Assembly: GCA_964612215.1 (NCBI GenBank)
Contig: CAZTEW010000001.1
Coordinates: 12,432-76,431 of the forward strand
Length of the DNA stretch: 64,000 nt
Direction: 5' to 3'
From: an uncultured Gammaproteobacteria bacterium
Lineage (GTDB): Bacteria; Patescibacteriota; Microgenomatia; CAZTEW01
Position numbers and translations under genes: made by a program. How positions within the stretch are numbered: the stretch's first letter is position 1; each line of letters starts with the position of its first letter. Positions 16,787-29,283 of this stretch are shown here, one piece after another. The notes beneath the pieces are model-generated. The model searched no databases and was not told the origin of the DNA. It saw only the letters and a list, made by a program, of their open reading frames with translations.

Positions 16787-17214
16787 TGATCGTGAAGAAA
16801 AAACAAAACCACCGCTTGGCTGATAAAGATTTGGAAAACAAATGGAAAAGAGCCCTGGCTGATTATGATAATTTGAGAAAACGAGTAGAAAAACAAAGGG
16901 GTGATTTGGTAAAGTTTGCCCATGCCGGCCTGGTTGATAAGCTTTTGCCGGTGCTTGACAGTTTGGAAAAATGTCGGCAACATATAAAAGACAAAGGTTT
17001 GGATTTAACCTGTGAACAGTTGCAAAAGGTTCTCGCCAGCGAAGGCTTAACGGAAATTAAAGCGCAGGATGAAGAGTTTGATCCGGAAAAAATGGATGCG
17101 GTGGAAATGGTCAGGGGTAAAAAAAACAAAGTGGTTGAAGTTGTTTTGAAAGGTTATAATTTAAATGGCCGGGTAATTCGACCGGCCAAAGTAAAAGTTG
17201 GTCAAGGAAATTAA
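16783..17214 (+). CDS. grpE: Nucleotide exchange factor GrpE
   Basis: 143 aa with coiled-coil N-terminus and GrpE C-terminal domain. Located between hrcA and dnaK. Confidence 0.85.
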   Translation: MMIVKKKQNHRLADKDLENKWKRALADYDNLRKRVEKQRGDLVKFAHAGLVDKLLPVLDSLEKCRQHIKDKGLDLTCEQLQKVLASEGLTEIKAQDEEFDPEKMDAVEMVRGKKNKVVEVVLKGYNLNGRVIRPAKVKVGQGN

Positions 17215-19119
17215 ATGACAGACACTAAAAAAGAAAAAATCATCGGCATTGATTTAGGCACCACTAATTCCTGCGTGGCGGTGATGGAAGCTGGCCAGCC
17301 CAAGGTAATTCCGACTGCCGAAGGCGGCAATTTAATTCCTTCGGTGGTCGAGCCGGCTAAGGGCTTGGTCGGCCAAGTAGCCAAGCGCCAGATGATCATT
17401 AATCCCCAAAACACCATTTTTTCGATTAAAAGACTGATGGGTCGGCGCTTTAAAGACAAATCAGTGCAGCAGGATAAAGAATGGCTGCCTTATCAAATTG
17501 CGGCCGGCAAAAACAGCTTGGCTGTGATTGAGGTTGGCGCTAAACAATACACGCCTCAGGAAATTTCCGCCAAAATTCTGCAAAAAGCCAAAGCCGATGC
17601 CGAAGCGTATTTAGGCGAGAAAGTAAAAAAGGCAGTGATTACAGTGCCGGCCTATTTTGATGATTCCCAGCGCAAAGCCACCAAAGAAGCCGGTGAAATT
17701 GCCGGCTTAGAAGTGGTTAGAATTATTAATGAGCCGACGGCGGCCAGCTTGGCTTATGGTTTGGAAAGAAAGAAAGCGGAAACAATCGCGGTTTATGATC
17801 TGGGCGGCGGTACTTTTGATATCTCTATTCTCGAACTCGGCGAAGGCGTTTATGAAGTCAAGGCGACGAATGGCGATACTCATTTAGGCGGCGATGATTT
17901 TGACAAGCGGATTCTAGATTACCTGGCAGAAGAATTTAAAAAAGAGCACAGCGTTGATTTACGCAAAGACCCTCAGGCGTTACAGCGTTTGCGGGATGCG
18001 GCGGAAAAAGCGAAAATTGAACTTTCCAGCGCCCAGGAAAGCGAAATTAACCTACCGTTTATCACCCAAGGCGATTCCGGACCGCTGCATTTAACGCTTA
18101 AATTAAACCGGGCCAAACTGGAACAACTGGTTGACGATCTAATCGAGAAGTCAATGAAGCCGGTGGCATCATGTTTAAAGGATGCAAAATTAACAACCAA
18201 AGACATTGACGAAGTGATTTTGGTGGGCGGCCAGACCAGGATGCCGAAAATTCAGGCAATCGTCAAGAAGTTTTTCAACAAAGAACTGAACAAGAGTGTT
18301 AATCCGGACGAAGTGGTGGCGGTCGGTGCGGCCATTCAGGCCGGGGTTTTAGCCGGCGAAGTCAAAGAAGTTTTGCTGTTAGACGTGACGCCGTTAACTT
18401 TAGGCTTAGAAACTTTAGGCGGCGTCCGCACACCGCTGATTGAACGCAATACCACCGTGCCTACCTCCAAGTCTCAGATTTTTTCTACGGCCGCTGATAA
18501 CCAAACTCAGGTAGAAATTAATATTCTTCAGGGTGAAAGGGCGATGGCAGCGGATAATAAATCTCTCGGCCGCTTTATTTTGGCCGGCATTCCATCGGCG
18601 CCCCGGGGCGTACCGCAGATCGAAGTCATTTTTGACATCGATGCTAACGGTATCTTGAGCGTGACTGCCAAAGACAAGGCGACCGGCAAAGAGCAATCGA
18701 TTAAAATCACCGGTTCCACTGGCCTTTCTGACGATGAAGTCAAAAAAATGACTGAGGAGGCTGATCAATTCAGCGAGGACGACAGGCAGAAAAAAGAACT
18801 GGTGGAAGCGAAAAATACGGCGGATAACCTGTGTTATACCGCGGAAAAGACCCTGAAAGACGCCAGGGATAAAGTCAAAGAAGAAGACAAAAAGCAAATT
18901 GAAGAAGAAGTGAAAAAAGTCCGCGAGATTCTTGCTAAAGAAGGAGTTGGCAAAGAAGAAATTGAAGAGGCTGCCAAAATTCTGGGCGAGGAATTGCAGA
19001 AATTAGGCGCCTCAATGTATCAGCAATCAGCCGACCAGCCAGCGACGGGTCAATCAGAAACAGACCAGAAAGCCTCTCCAGACAAAGATAAAGCTGAAGA
19101 AGGCGAAGTGGTAGAGTAG
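17215..19119 (+). CDS. dnaK: Chaperone DnaK (Hsp70)
   Basis: 634 aa. [33 protein letters not shown] signatures. Confidence 0.95.
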   Translation: MTDTKKEKIIGIDLGTTNSCVAVMEAGQPKVIPTAEGGNLIPSVVEPAKGLVGQVAKRQMIINPQNTIFSIKRLMGRRFKDKSVQQDKEWLPYQIAAGKNSLAVIEVGAKQYTPQEISAKILQKAKADAEAYLGEKVKKAVITVPAYFDDSQRKATKEAGEIAGLEVVRIINEPTAASLAYGLERKKAETIAVYDLGGGTFDISILELGEGVYEVKATNGDTHLGGDDFDKRILDYLAEEFKKEHSVDLRKDPQALQRLRDAAEKAKIELSSAQESEINLPFITQGDSGPLHLTLKLNRAKLEQLVDDLIEKSMKPVASCLKDAKLTTKDIDEVILVGGQTRMPKIQAIVKKFFNKELNKSVNPDEVVAVGAAIQAGVLAGEVKEVLLLDVTPLTLGLETLGGVRTPLIERNTTVPTSKSQIFSTAADNQTQVEINILQGERAMAADNKSLGRFILAGIPSAPRGVPQIEVIFDIDANGILSVTAKDKATGKEQSIKITGSTGLSDDEVKKMTEEADQFSEDDRQKKELVEAKNTADNLCYTAEKTLKDARDKVKEEDKKQIEEEVKKVREILAKEGVGKEEIEEAAKILGEELQKLGASMYQQSADQPATGQSETDQKASPDKDKAEEGEVVE

Positions 19120-20001
19120 ATGCATGGCCCGAAAAGAGACCATTACGATGTTCTAGGAGTTGATCGAAAAGTCTCATCGGTCGAGATTAAGAAAGCTTAC
19201 CGCAAATTAGCGCTGCAATATCATCCGGATCGGAATAAGTCAGCCGACGCCGAGAAAAAATTCAAAGAGATTAACGAAGCCTACGAAATTCTTTCGGACG
19301 CCAAAAAGCGTCAGGTTTATGATCAGTTTGGTCATCGGGCCTTTACTGGTCCGGCTGGTTTTTCTGGCCAGAGTGATTTTACCTGGCCTTTCGGCGGCTT
19401 CAGCCGAACTTATCAATCCAGACCGTTTACCTATACGTATACGAGCCGGGGCGGTGAAAACGACGGCGGCTTTGGCGGCTTTTCCGATCCTTTTGAAATT
19501 TTTGAGGCTTTTTTCGGCGGGGCGTCGCCTTTCCGGCAGAGCCAGAGAATTCCCCGGATAGGCGTTACCTTGGATTTCATGGAAGCGGTTAAGGGCTGTG
19601 AAAAAGAAATCGAAATCGCAGGCAAAAGGAGACAGATTAAAATTCCGGCCGGCGTGGATGATAACACCCGCATTAAATTCAATGATTTTTATTTAGTCAT
19701 TAGGGTGCGGTCGGATAGGGTTTTCCGGCGGGAAGGGGTAAATTTGATTGTCAATCACGAAATTCCTTTTACTCTGGCGGCTCTGGGCGGCATCACTGAA
19801 GTACCGGGGATTGATAGGCCGATCAAAATTAAAATCAGGCCAGGTACTCAGCCGGGAACTTTAGTTCGGCTCCGCGGCCAAGGCGTCGCTTATCTCCGGT
19901 CTCGCCGCCGGGGCGACCAATACATCCGTTTGCTAATTACTATTCCTAAACGTCTTTCCCGCCGCCAGCGCCAGCTTCTCGAAGAATTTGAAAAAATTTG
20001 A
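19120..20001 (+). CDS. dnaJ: DnaJ-family co-chaperone lacking the zinc-finger domain (CbpA-like)
   Basis: 293 aa. J-domain [35 protein letters not shown]-rich region, C-terminal substrate-binding domains. No CxxCxGxG repeats. Confidence 0.8.
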   Translation: MHGPKRDHYDVLGVDRKVSSVEIKKAYRKLALQYHPDRNKSADAEKKFKEINEAYEILSDAKKRQVYDQFGHRAFTGPAGFSGQSDFTWPFGGFSRTYQSRPFTYTYTSRGGENDGGFGGFSDPFEIFEAFFGGASPFRQSQRIPRIGVTLDFMEAVKGCEKEIEIAGKRRQIKIPAGVDDNTRIKFNDFYLVIRVRSDRVFRREGVNLIVNHEIPFTLAALGGITEVPGIDRPIKIKIRPGTQPGTLVRLRGQGVAYLRSRRRGDQYIRLLITIPKRLSRRQRQLLEEFEKI

Positions 20002-20033
20002 CTTTCAGGCTGGCTCTTGCTATAATCCTTTCA

Positions 20034-20058
20034 AATCCTCCTAAGTGAGGATTTTTTA
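20034..20058 (+). terminator. Rho-independent terminator after dnaJ
   Basis: aatcctc-ctaagt-gaggatt stem-loop followed by ttttt. Confidence 0.5.
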
Positions 20059-20080
20059 ATGGGGCTGATTAACCCCGACG

Positions 20081-20650
20081 ATGTTATGGAAACTATTGCC
20101 GAAAACCAGAAAAAGTCATCCTTTGAGCAAACTTTTGCGGCCCTTTTTCGAGGCTAAAAAAAGCAAAAGGCAGCTAGGGAGCTTGTTATTGGCGCTAGTG
20201 ATGACGACCAGTTTTTTAGTGACTTCCGCTTCGGCTTTTGAAACCTATCCGGCTGATGAATTAGTGGTCTTGGCAGCAGAAGTGGAAACAGAGACTCATG
20301 AGAGAAACAAAGCGCCCCTGGAAGAGTTCACTATTTCTCAGGGTTTTTGGGTTCTGCATCCGGCAATTGACTTAAGCGCGCCTCAAGGAACTCCGGTCTA
20401 TTCAATTGAGGCCGGAAAAGTGACCCAAACTGAATTCAGCTACTGGGGTTATGGCAATCAGGTGGTGGTTGATCATGCCAACGGCCTGCAATCTCGTTAT
20501 GCTCATCTTTCCCGGATTACGGTTCAAGAGGGACAGGAAATTAATCAGGGAACAGTGATTGGTTTAGTGGGGGCGACTGGTTTGGCTACCGGCAACCATC
20601 TTCACTTGGAGATTATTGACCAAGGCCAACTAATTAATCCGCAGACTTTT

Positions 20651-20662
<12 letters not shown>
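20081..20662 (+). CDS. Peptidase M23 (LytM-domain) family protein
   Basis: DHANGLQSRYAHLSRITVQEGQEINQGTVIGLVGATGLATGNHLHLEI is the M23 HxxxD..HxH core. N-terminal signal-like segment. Exact start uncertain. Confidence 0.75.
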
Positions 20663-22618
<1,956 letters not shown>

Positions 22619-22625
22619 TTAGGAT

Positions 22626-22654
22626 ATTGTAAAAAAATCAACCGTTTTTGTCAA
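22626..22654 (-). promoter_or_regulatory. Sigma70-like promoter for groES-groEL (TTGACA-17-TACAAT) inside the 3' end of the upstream gene. No CIRCE seen.
   Basis: Reverse complement of 22649-54 is TTGACA and of 22626-31 is TACAAT, with 17-nt spacing. Confidence 0.4.
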
Positions 22655-23174
22655 GTAGCAATTTTGTGGTAGAAATTTCCGGATTATACTGATGAACGAT
22701 TTTCAATTGACAGTCGATTTTTTGACAGTCTTTTCTTTTTTGTTTTTCTAACGGATCCTGGCTGCTGATTGCTAAGACATCAGGTTTGATTAATCGAAGG
22801 AAAGCCAGGCGAACAGCCGAATTAGCGAAAAAAACAGGCAGTTTAATGACCGCCTCGACTTCTTTTAAGCGAAATAGATTTTCAGCCCTTTTGCGCCAGG
22901 AATTTAGAGGGCGGTCTTTGCCTTTCAGGGCTTTAATGCGCCCGTCGCTTTCCAAACCAACGACAAGGAAGTCTCCCTGGTGTCTGGCTTTTTTCAATAA
23001 GTTTTTATGTTCTTGATGAAGAATGTCAAAACAGCCAGTGACGAGGACGATTTTTTTACCCAGAACTTTGTTTAAACGAACTTGATGGAGAGCGATAATT
23101 TGTTCACTTTTGTCTTGGGGATGAAAAAAAGCATAATGAGGACTAATAAGCTCAGCAGTGAGGCGGCCTTTCAT
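22638..23174 (-). CDS. Cytidylyltransferase-like nucleotidyltransferase (HxGH family, RfaE domain II / TagD-like)
   Basis: KIVLVTGCFDILHQEHKNLLKKARHQGDFLVVGLESD matches the (H/T)xGH adenylyl/cytidylyltransferase motif. Start trimmed to an internal Met. The track ORF extends to 23234. Confidence 0.5.
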   Translation of the reverse strand: MKGRLTAELISPHYAFFHPQDKSEQIIALHQVRLNKVLGKKIVLVTGCFDILHQEHKNLLKKARHQGDFLVVGLESDGRIKALKGKDRPLNSWRKRAENLFRLKEVEAVIKLPVFFANSAVRLAFLRLIKPDVLAISSQDPLEKQKRKDCQKIDCQLKIVHQYNPEISTTKLLLDKNG

Positions 23175-23197
23175 ATATTTTCTTTGCCACCTAAAAG

Positions 23198-23833
23198 CTA
23201 TTTTTTCCAGTTGGGTAAAAATTTTACTAGCCATTGGTTAGCATCTAAAAAGCGCTGATGAAAATTATCTTTTTGATTCAGCACCTGCATTTGGCAAATT
23301 TCATGAGCCGTAAAAAGGTTACGTTTGGATGGGGGAAGAGTCAAATGATTCTCGTCAAGAAGCACGTTGAGACAGGCTTTATCACGGACATTAATGTCGT
23401 TTGGCCTTCTTCTTTTTCCCAGAATTTCGGTTAAAAGAAGGACAAAAAATCTTGTCAACCAAAGCCGGTTAGCCGCGGTGATAATCAAAAAATCAAGATC
23501 ATCATTTTCTTTGGCATTGCCGATGGCGACCGCGCCGGTGGCGGCAATCAATTTGATGGTTGGCAGTCGCCGCAGCCAACGACTGATCCGCCGAGCGCTA
23601 GCCAGCTTTTTTTGGCTGGTTTTTTGCCGCCGGCGACGGATTTTAACAATTTCCCCACGCCCTGCCAAAAAATAAAAGCCGTTCTTTTTTTGGACTTGTT
23701 TTTTTTTAATTAAATTTTGAATTTTTAATTGGGAATTGCCAATCAGAAATTTACTAATTTCTGATTGGGTCAGCGGATAGTCAAAAAGATCATGATAGCA
23801 AAGAGTGCTCAGAACAGCTAACTTGATCGTCAT
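23198..23833 (-). CDS. Hypothetical protein with Pol-beta-type nucleotidyltransferase-like motif
   Basis: 211 aa. ATGAVAIGNAKENDDLDFLIIT resembles the GS..DxD NTase fold motif. Weak. Confidence 0.35.
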   Translation of the reverse strand: MTIKLAVLSTLCYHDLFDYPLTQSEISKFLIGNSQLKIQNLIKKKQVQKKNGFYFLAGRGEIVKIRRRRQKTSQKKLASARRISRWLRRLPTIKLIAATGAVAIGNAKENDDLDFLIITAANRLWLTRFFVLLLTEILGKRRRPNDINVRDKACLNVLLDENHLTLPPSKRNLFTAHEICQMQVLNQKDNFHQRFLDANQWLVKFLPNWKK

Positions 23834-25291
23834 TTAAGGCGCGAGCTGATATTGATTGAGGACTTGGGCCACGCCTTGAGAGGTAATTTGCAGTGATTCT
23901 TGGGCGTTCTGGCCGGCCAGAACAGCATTGACAGCATCCTCAAAATATTTGATGATTTTTTCATTAAGGCCATTATCCCAAGTCCTTGAGGCCAAATACC
24001 AGGATTGGGCATAAGGAGCCTGCTGGAGAAAGGGAGAGATTTGAGGGTGATTTTGATAAAGGTTGGCCATGTCAGTGCGCGCCGGAATCTCACCGAAGAG
24101 CCGGCCGGATTGACTGGCCTGAGAATGAAATTTTTGCAAAGTTTCTTTCTGGGATAAAAACTTCAGCAATTCCCAAGCGGCTTCTTGGTTAGCGCTTTTT
24201 TGGCTGACGCCCTCAACCCAGTAGCTAGCCCAAGCTACCTTGTCGTTGGTTAGCTGGGGAACAGGCAAGATCTCAAAACGCAGCTGGGGATTAATCACCT
24301 TGATATTAAAAACCTGCCAGGAAGGGGCAAAAATCATGGCGGCTTTACCGGTAGCAAAAGCATAGATTGACGCTGGCAGGGTCTTATCCCAAACCCGGTC
24401 AGTGGTAGAAAAAAGAGTGTAAAAAGTCAAGGCATCAGCCCCGGAACAGGTTTCAGTTTCTCCAGCCTGAAAACAAGAATCTGGTTCCGCCGGATTAACG
24501 CCATTCTGAAGCATCATTAAGCCGAGAATATCACTCCAGTGATCAACATTGCTGGTTTCGCCCAGGGCGACGCCAGCGATTTCAATTTTTCCTTGATAAT
24601 CATAAACAGTCAGTTCAGCAGCCGTCGTTCTCAGCTCGTCCCAGGTGGCTGGCGGCTGTTTGGCCGCGGCCTGGAAAATCTCCTGGTTAATGAAAAGAGC
24701 CAGGCAGTCAAACATTAAAGGAATGCCGTAATAATTAGAACCCAAACGCAGGTCTTTTTTGACCGCCGGGTAAAAAACCGTCTCAAAGGCGTTAGCATCG
24801 AAAACATTAGCCGGCACCGCCGCCAGTTCGTTTTTCAGCATCGCCAGCCAAGTATTATGGAAACGGAAAATATCCGGACCTTCACTGCGAGCCAAAGCTG
24901 ACTGAAGCCTTTCCCGGTAATCTTTGTGATACTGCTGAGAATAATTGATTTTAATATTGGGATACTGCTGTTGGAATTCAACAATTAATGGCGCCATGAT
25001 TTCTGGCGTTTCCCAAAGGCCCCAGTAATTAAGGGTAACTTCTTTAGTAGAGGCGCCTTTCTTAAAAAGAGGCAGGATAACCTTAAAAACCAAGAGAACA
25101 ATCAAGCCAATAATTAAGGCTGGTAAAAGAAGCTTAAAAAGTCTTTTGAGGGGCGATTGGCCGGCTTGAATGATTTGCTGAGCTTTTTCTTCAACTGCTT
25201 CGACGCTGGCCTCAGTCGTGGACTGAGCCACGGTTTGATCTTCCATGATTTTCATCATAGAGGAAAAAAAACCGGAATGCAACCGAGCCAT
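23834..25291 (-). CDS. Membrane-anchored ABC-transporter substrate-binding protein (family 1, sugar-type)
   Basis: 485 aa. N-terminal TM anchor then MalE-like SBP fold (LNYWGLWETPE..; periplasmic-binding-protein pattern). Confidence 0.55.
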   Translation of the reverse strand: MARLHSGFFSSMMKIMEDQTVAQSTTEASVEAVEEKAQQIIQAGQSPLKRLFKLLLPALIIGLIVLLVFKVILPLFKKGASTKEVTLNYWGLWETPEIMAPLIVEFQQQYPNIKINYSQQYHKDYRERLQSALARSEGPDIFRFHNTWLAMLKNELAAVPANVFDANAFETVFYPAVKKDLRLGSNYYGIPLMFDCLALFINQEIFQAAAKQPPATWDELRTTAAELTVYDYQGKIEIAGVALGETSNVDHWSDILGLMMLQNGVNPAEPDSCFQAGETETCSGADALTFYTLFSTTDRVWDKTLPASIYAFATGKAAMIFAPSWQVFNIKVINPQLRFEILPVPQLTNDKVAWASYWVEGVSQKSANQEAAWELLKFLSQKETLQKFHSQASQSGRLFGEIPARTDMANLYQNHPQISPFLQQAPYAQSWYLASRTWDNGLNEKIIKYFEDAVNAVLAGQNAQESLQITSQGVAQVLNQYQLAP

Positions 25292-25329
25292 GATACAATT
25301 TCGTTAATGAAAAAGCTATTTCTTTTTTA

Positions 25330-26673
25330 ATGAAAAAGCTACTTCTTTTTTTCCTCATCATTTTTGGTGAAACGCTGTTTGTCTACGAATTAATTCATCA
25401 AAACAAAGTTTATCCTGGTGTTTCCGTGGCTAACTTAGACTTTAGCAACCAATCTCAGGAAGAAATTCGGTCTTTTTTCCAAGCTCAAAACCAATTTTTT
25501 TTTGCAACCCAGTTTATTTTTCATTTTGAAGACAAAGCCGCGACAGTCTCCGGTCAAGAACTGAACTGGGGTTATGATGAAGAAAAAATAAGCCAGGCCG
25601 CCTTCAAGGTGGGTCGCAGCGACAACGCCCTGGTTTCCTGGCAAGAAAAATGGCGTGCCTTTTTTCAGGGAATTAATCTTGAACCAGATTATTCTTTTGC
25701 TGAACAACAGCTTTGGCAAATCCTTGCTCCTCTGGAAAATGCTATTTATCAACCACCCCAAGAGGCCCTTTTTCAGTTTAAAAACGGCCGCGTGGTTGCT
25801 TTTCAAAAAGAAAAGGAAGGCCGGAGACTAGATAAAGAAAAACTCCTGCAAGTACTCCAAGAAAAGCTAGGAGAGGCAAGCCGGGTGATAGAGATTGTTT
25901 TAGAGACTCAGCCAATTTTGCCGTTGACGAGAGTTGATGAGGTTAATAATTTGGGCATTAAAGAAATTTTAGGCAAAGGTCTTTCTTATTTCTGGGGTTC
26001 TCCTGCGGCCAGGGTTCACAATATTGTGTTGGCTGCCAGCCGCCTCAACGGCCTACTTTTACCAGCGGGCGAGGTTTTCTCTTTCAACCAGTCTTTGGGT
26101 TTGGTTTCTCAGGCAACTGGTTATCAACAAGCTTATGTGATTAAAGAGGGTAGGACTATTTTAGATGACGGTGGTGGTGTTTGCCAGGTATCCACCACTC
26201 TTTTTCGGGCGGCTTTGGCGGCAGGTTTGTTGATTATTGAGCGGCACCCCCATTCTTACCGAGTGAGCTACTATGAGCAGGGCGGTTTTGGTCCGGGCCT
26301 GGATGCGACTGTTTTTTACCCGACGGTCGATTTAAAATTTAAGAATAATACTCGCCACAATATCCTTATTCAGGCGGCAGTAGACACCAAGAAAGGAATT
26401 TTAATTTTTGAGCTTTACGGAACTAGCGATGGCCGCCGGGCGAAACTGGGTCAGCCGAAAATTTGGGAGCAAACCGCGCCGCCAGAAGATCTTTATCGAG
26501 ACGAGCCGGCTTTGCCTCAGGGAGAGGTTAAACAACTTGAGAGGAAGGCTTGGGGAGCAAAAGTAAGCGTTGATTGGCAGGTAAAACGAAGAGAAGAAAT
26601 TCTGGAAGAAAAAACTTTTTGGAGTTATTATCAACCCTGGCAGGCAGTTTATTTAAGAGGAGTAGGCGGGTGA
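25330..26673 (+). CDS. VanW-domain protein
   Basis: 447 aa. N-terminal TM. C-terminal VanW core GGGVCQVSTTLFRAALAAGLLIIERHPHSYRVSYYEQG. Confidence 0.65.
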   Translation: MKKLLLFFLIIFGETLFVYELIHQNKVYPGVSVANLDFSNQSQEEIRSFFQAQNQFFFATQFIFHFEDKAATVSGQELNWGYDEEKISQAAFKVGRSDNALVSWQEKWRAFFQGINLEPDYSFAEQQLWQILAPLENAIYQPPQEALFQFKNGRVVAFQKEKEGRRLDKEKLLQVLQEKLGEASRVIEIVLETQPILPLTRVDEVNNLGIKEILGKGLSYFWGSPAARVHNIVLAASRLNGLLLPAGEVFSFNQSLGLVSQATGYQQAYVIKEGRTILDDGGGVCQVSTTLFRAALAAGLLIIERHPHSYRVSYYEQGGFGPGLDATVFYPTVDLKFKNNTRHNILIQAAVDTKKGILIFELYGTSDGRRAKLGQPKIWEQTAPPEDLYRDEPALPQGEVKQLERKAWGAKVSVDWQVKRREEILEEKTFWSYYQPWQAVYLRGVGG

Positions 26674-28046
26674 TGGAAATTTTCTTTTTTCTTGGTCTTT
26701 TCTTTTTGTCTTTTTTACCAGCGCTGGATCCTGATTTGGGCTGGCAGTTAAGATGTGGACAATTGATTCTTCAGGGGCAAGGATTTTGCGGCCAAAATCA
26801 ATTTTCTGCTTTAATGAGCGGTTATCAATGGGTTAATCACTATTGGCTTTATCAGACGATGCTTTTTTTCATCTGGGAACATTTTGGGTTTTTAGGACTG
26901 AGCATTTTTAATGCGCTGATAGTGACGCTAATATTTTTTGTTTTTGACCGAACAATTAAAAATTATCTTTGGGAGAAAAAAATAGCCATTCTTTTGCTTT
27001 TCTATTTTAGCTGGGGCGTTTTTTCTTTGGGAATCAGAGGTCAGCTCTTAGGGATTCTTTATTTTACCTTAGTCTTTTTTTGCCTGACCAAGAAAAAAGA
27101 AATTTATCTGCCTTTAGTGTTTCTTTTTTGGGCGAACACGCACGGCTCAGCTGTTTTCGGACTAGCGACTCTGTTGCTTTTTCTTTTCCAAGACTTTAAA
27201 AATATCAGCGCCAAGATGCTCATTTTCTCTGCCTGTTTTTTTGCTACCTTTCTTAATCCATTTGGCTGGGGTATTTTTCCAGAGGCCTGGCGACATCTAG
27301 GAGGGGTTCATTTGGACCAATTGATTGCCGAATGGGTGCCGCCGTCAGTCAACCAACGGGTTTTGCTTTTTCTCAGCGGTTTAGGTCTTTTATTTTTCAG
27401 TCCGCGGCCATTATGGCCGGTAATTTTTAGCCTGTTTTTTCTGGCTTTGCGCGCGAGAAGAAACGTTCCTTTTTTCTGGTTGCTCTTTTTTATTCTTTTT
27501 TTCCAGAGCCGGGTGGTGCAAAAATGGCTGACCGGCTGGCAAAAAAAAGAGTCTTTAAGAAAAGACCTGCTTTTATTAACCAGCTTTTTGCTTTTCTTTT
27601 ATGGTTTAGTTATCCAGCCGCGCCAGACTTTTCAGGCCAATGCTTCCTGGGGAAATTATTGTCAGACCTCTACTGTTGGCTATCCTTGTCAGGCGGTTGA
27701 GTTTTTAAAAAAGCAGCCTGCCTCTTCGGCGGGTAATTTATTCAACCGCTATGAATGGGGCGGTTTCTTGATCTGGCAGCTGCCGCAATTTAAGGTTTTT
27801 GTTGATGGCCGCATGCCAGCTTGGTCGACCCCCAGTCCTTATACCATTTATCTGGAAACCCTACAAACTCAACCCGGCTGGCAAGAAACACTTGATCAGC
27901 ATCAAATTAAGTGGATTTTAATCAGCCCCGGGACTTTTATGGACTTAAAACTCCAGCCAGACCCGGAAATCTTCGGTTGGCAAGAAGCCTATCGTGATAA
28001 AATCAGCGTGATTTATCGAAGAATATTTGTTGATTATCTTGAATGA
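26673..28046 (+). CDS. Polytopic membrane protein (possible GT-C/O-antigen-polymerase-like)
   Basis: About 457 aa from ATG 26673 (TGATG overlap with the VanW stop; AGGAG 12 nt upstream). More than 10 TM helices. The track start at 26574 overlaps VanW and is rejected. Confidence 0.4.
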   Translation: MEIFFFLGLFFLSFLPALDPDLGWQLRCGQLILQGQGFCGQNQFSALMSGYQWVNHYWLYQTMLFFIWEHFGFLGLSIFNALIVTLIFFVFDRTIKNYLWEKKIAILLLFYFSWGVFSLGIRGQLLGILYFTLVFFCLTKKKEIYLPLVFLFWANTHGSAVFGLATLLLFLFQDFKNISAKMLIFSACFFATFLNPFGWGIFPEAWRHLGGVHLDQLIAEWVPPSVNQRVLLFLSGLGLLFFSPRPLWPVIFSLFFLALRARRNVPFFWLLFFILFFQSRVVQKWLTGWQKKESLRKDLLLLTSFLLFFYGLVIQPRQTFQANASWGNYCQTSTVGYPCQAVEFLKKQPASSAGNLFNRYEWGGFLIWQLPQFKVFVDGRMPAWSTPSPYTIYLETLQTQPGWQETLDQHQIKWILISPGTFMDLKLQPDPEIFGWQEAYRDKISVIYRRIFVDYLE

Positions 28047-28277
28047 GCGCGGCGCGGCGATTGGCTTTTTTCAATTGATTTCTTAAAGAAAGCAAGATAA
28101 GCCAAAAGAGCCACAATCATCGTTAAAGCGAAAGCAATAATAACCCTAGTATTAAGATCCCAAACATTAATCATTTATCTTTAAATTTTTCCTTAATCTA
28201 AAAGCAATCACTAAACAAAGGCTACCAAAGAGCACATCCATTGTCAAGAAACTTACCGTGATAAAATTAGTCAAGAA

Positions 28278-29276
28278 ATGAGAATTTTGGGCATTGAGAC
28301 GAGTTGTGATGAGACGGCGGCGGCCGTGGTTGAAAACGGGACAAAAGTGCTATCCAGCGTGGTTGCTTCTTCAGTGGCTTTACACCAAAAAACCGGCGGC
28401 ATTATTCCGGAAACCGCGGCTCGGGAGCAGGTTAAATATATTATTCCGGTTATAGAGGAGAGTTTAAAAGTATCAAGGTGTAAAAGTTTAAAAGAGATTG
28501 ATGCCGTGGCAGTGACCGTCGGGCCGGGTTTGATCGGTAGTCTTTTGGTCGGCGTGGAAACCGCTCGCGCCCTGGCCTATGTTTGGCAAAAACCAATTGT
28601 AGCGATTAATCATCTTCAGGCGCATCTCTACGCGAACTTTCTTAATTCAAAATTCAATCCGCCAGCTGGCGGACAAAATTCTGAATTATTCCCGGCGATT
28701 GGCTTGGTGGTGAGCGGCGGGCATACGGACTTGGTCCTGATGAAAGATCACGGGAAAATAAAATGGCTGGGCGGCACCCGTGATGATGCCGCCGGTGAGT
28801 GTTTTGATAAATGCAGTCGCTTGCTTGGTCTTAGCTATCCTGGTGGACCAGCGATCGAGGCGATCGCCTCTAAATTAAAAATTAAAAATGAAAAATTAAA
28901 AATTCTATTGCCGCGGCCAATGATGAATCAAAAGAATTATGACTTTTCTTTTGCCGGCTTAAAGACGGCTGTTTTTCATCAGGTGAGCAAGTTTACTGCG
29001 GAGCAATTAGCCAATGAGATTCAAGAGGCGATTGTGGAAGTGTTAGTGACGAAAACGATTAGGGCGGCTAAAGAATATCACACCAGGTCAATTTTACTTG
29101 GCGGCGGCGTGGCCGCGAATTCTTTGCTTCGCCAAAAGTTCAAAGTTCTACCGCCAAAAAATCTTTGTTCTGATAATGGTGCGGTGATTGCCGCCAGCGC
29201 TTTTTTTAATTACCGGCCAGTTAGTTGGCGGAAGATTAAAGCCAACCCTTCTCTTGGGATCGATGAAATTGTATAA
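28278..29276 (+). CDS. tsaD: tRNA N6-adenosine threonylcarbamoyltransferase TsaD
   Basis: MRILGIETSCDETAAAVVENG.., HLQAHLYAN, GGVAANSLLR are Kae1/TsaD signatures. Confidence 0.9.
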   Translation: MRILGIETSCDETAAAVVENGTKVLSSVVASSVALHQKTGGIIPETAAREQVKYIIPVIEESLKVSRCKSLKEIDAVAVTVGPGLIGSLLVGVETARALAYVWQKPIVAINHLQAHLYANFLNSKFNPPAGGQNSELFPAIGLVVSGGHTDLVLMKDHGKIKWLGGTRDDAAGECFDKCSRLLGLSYPGGPAIEAIASKLKIKNEKLKILLPRPMMNQKNYDFSFAGLKTAVFHQVSKFTAEQLANEIQEAIVEVLVTKTIRAAKEYHTRSILLGGGVAANSLLRQKFKVLPPKNLCSDNGAVIAASAFFNYRPVSWRKIKANPSLGIDEIV

Positions 29277-29283
29277 TATCTTC

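Noticed and set aside
29188-29283. Upstream ValRS start overlapping tsaD by 89 nt
   Set aside because: The extension (MPPALFLITGQLVGGRL..) is not ValRS-like. The conserved N-terminus begins at MDKAYQPREYE (29284).
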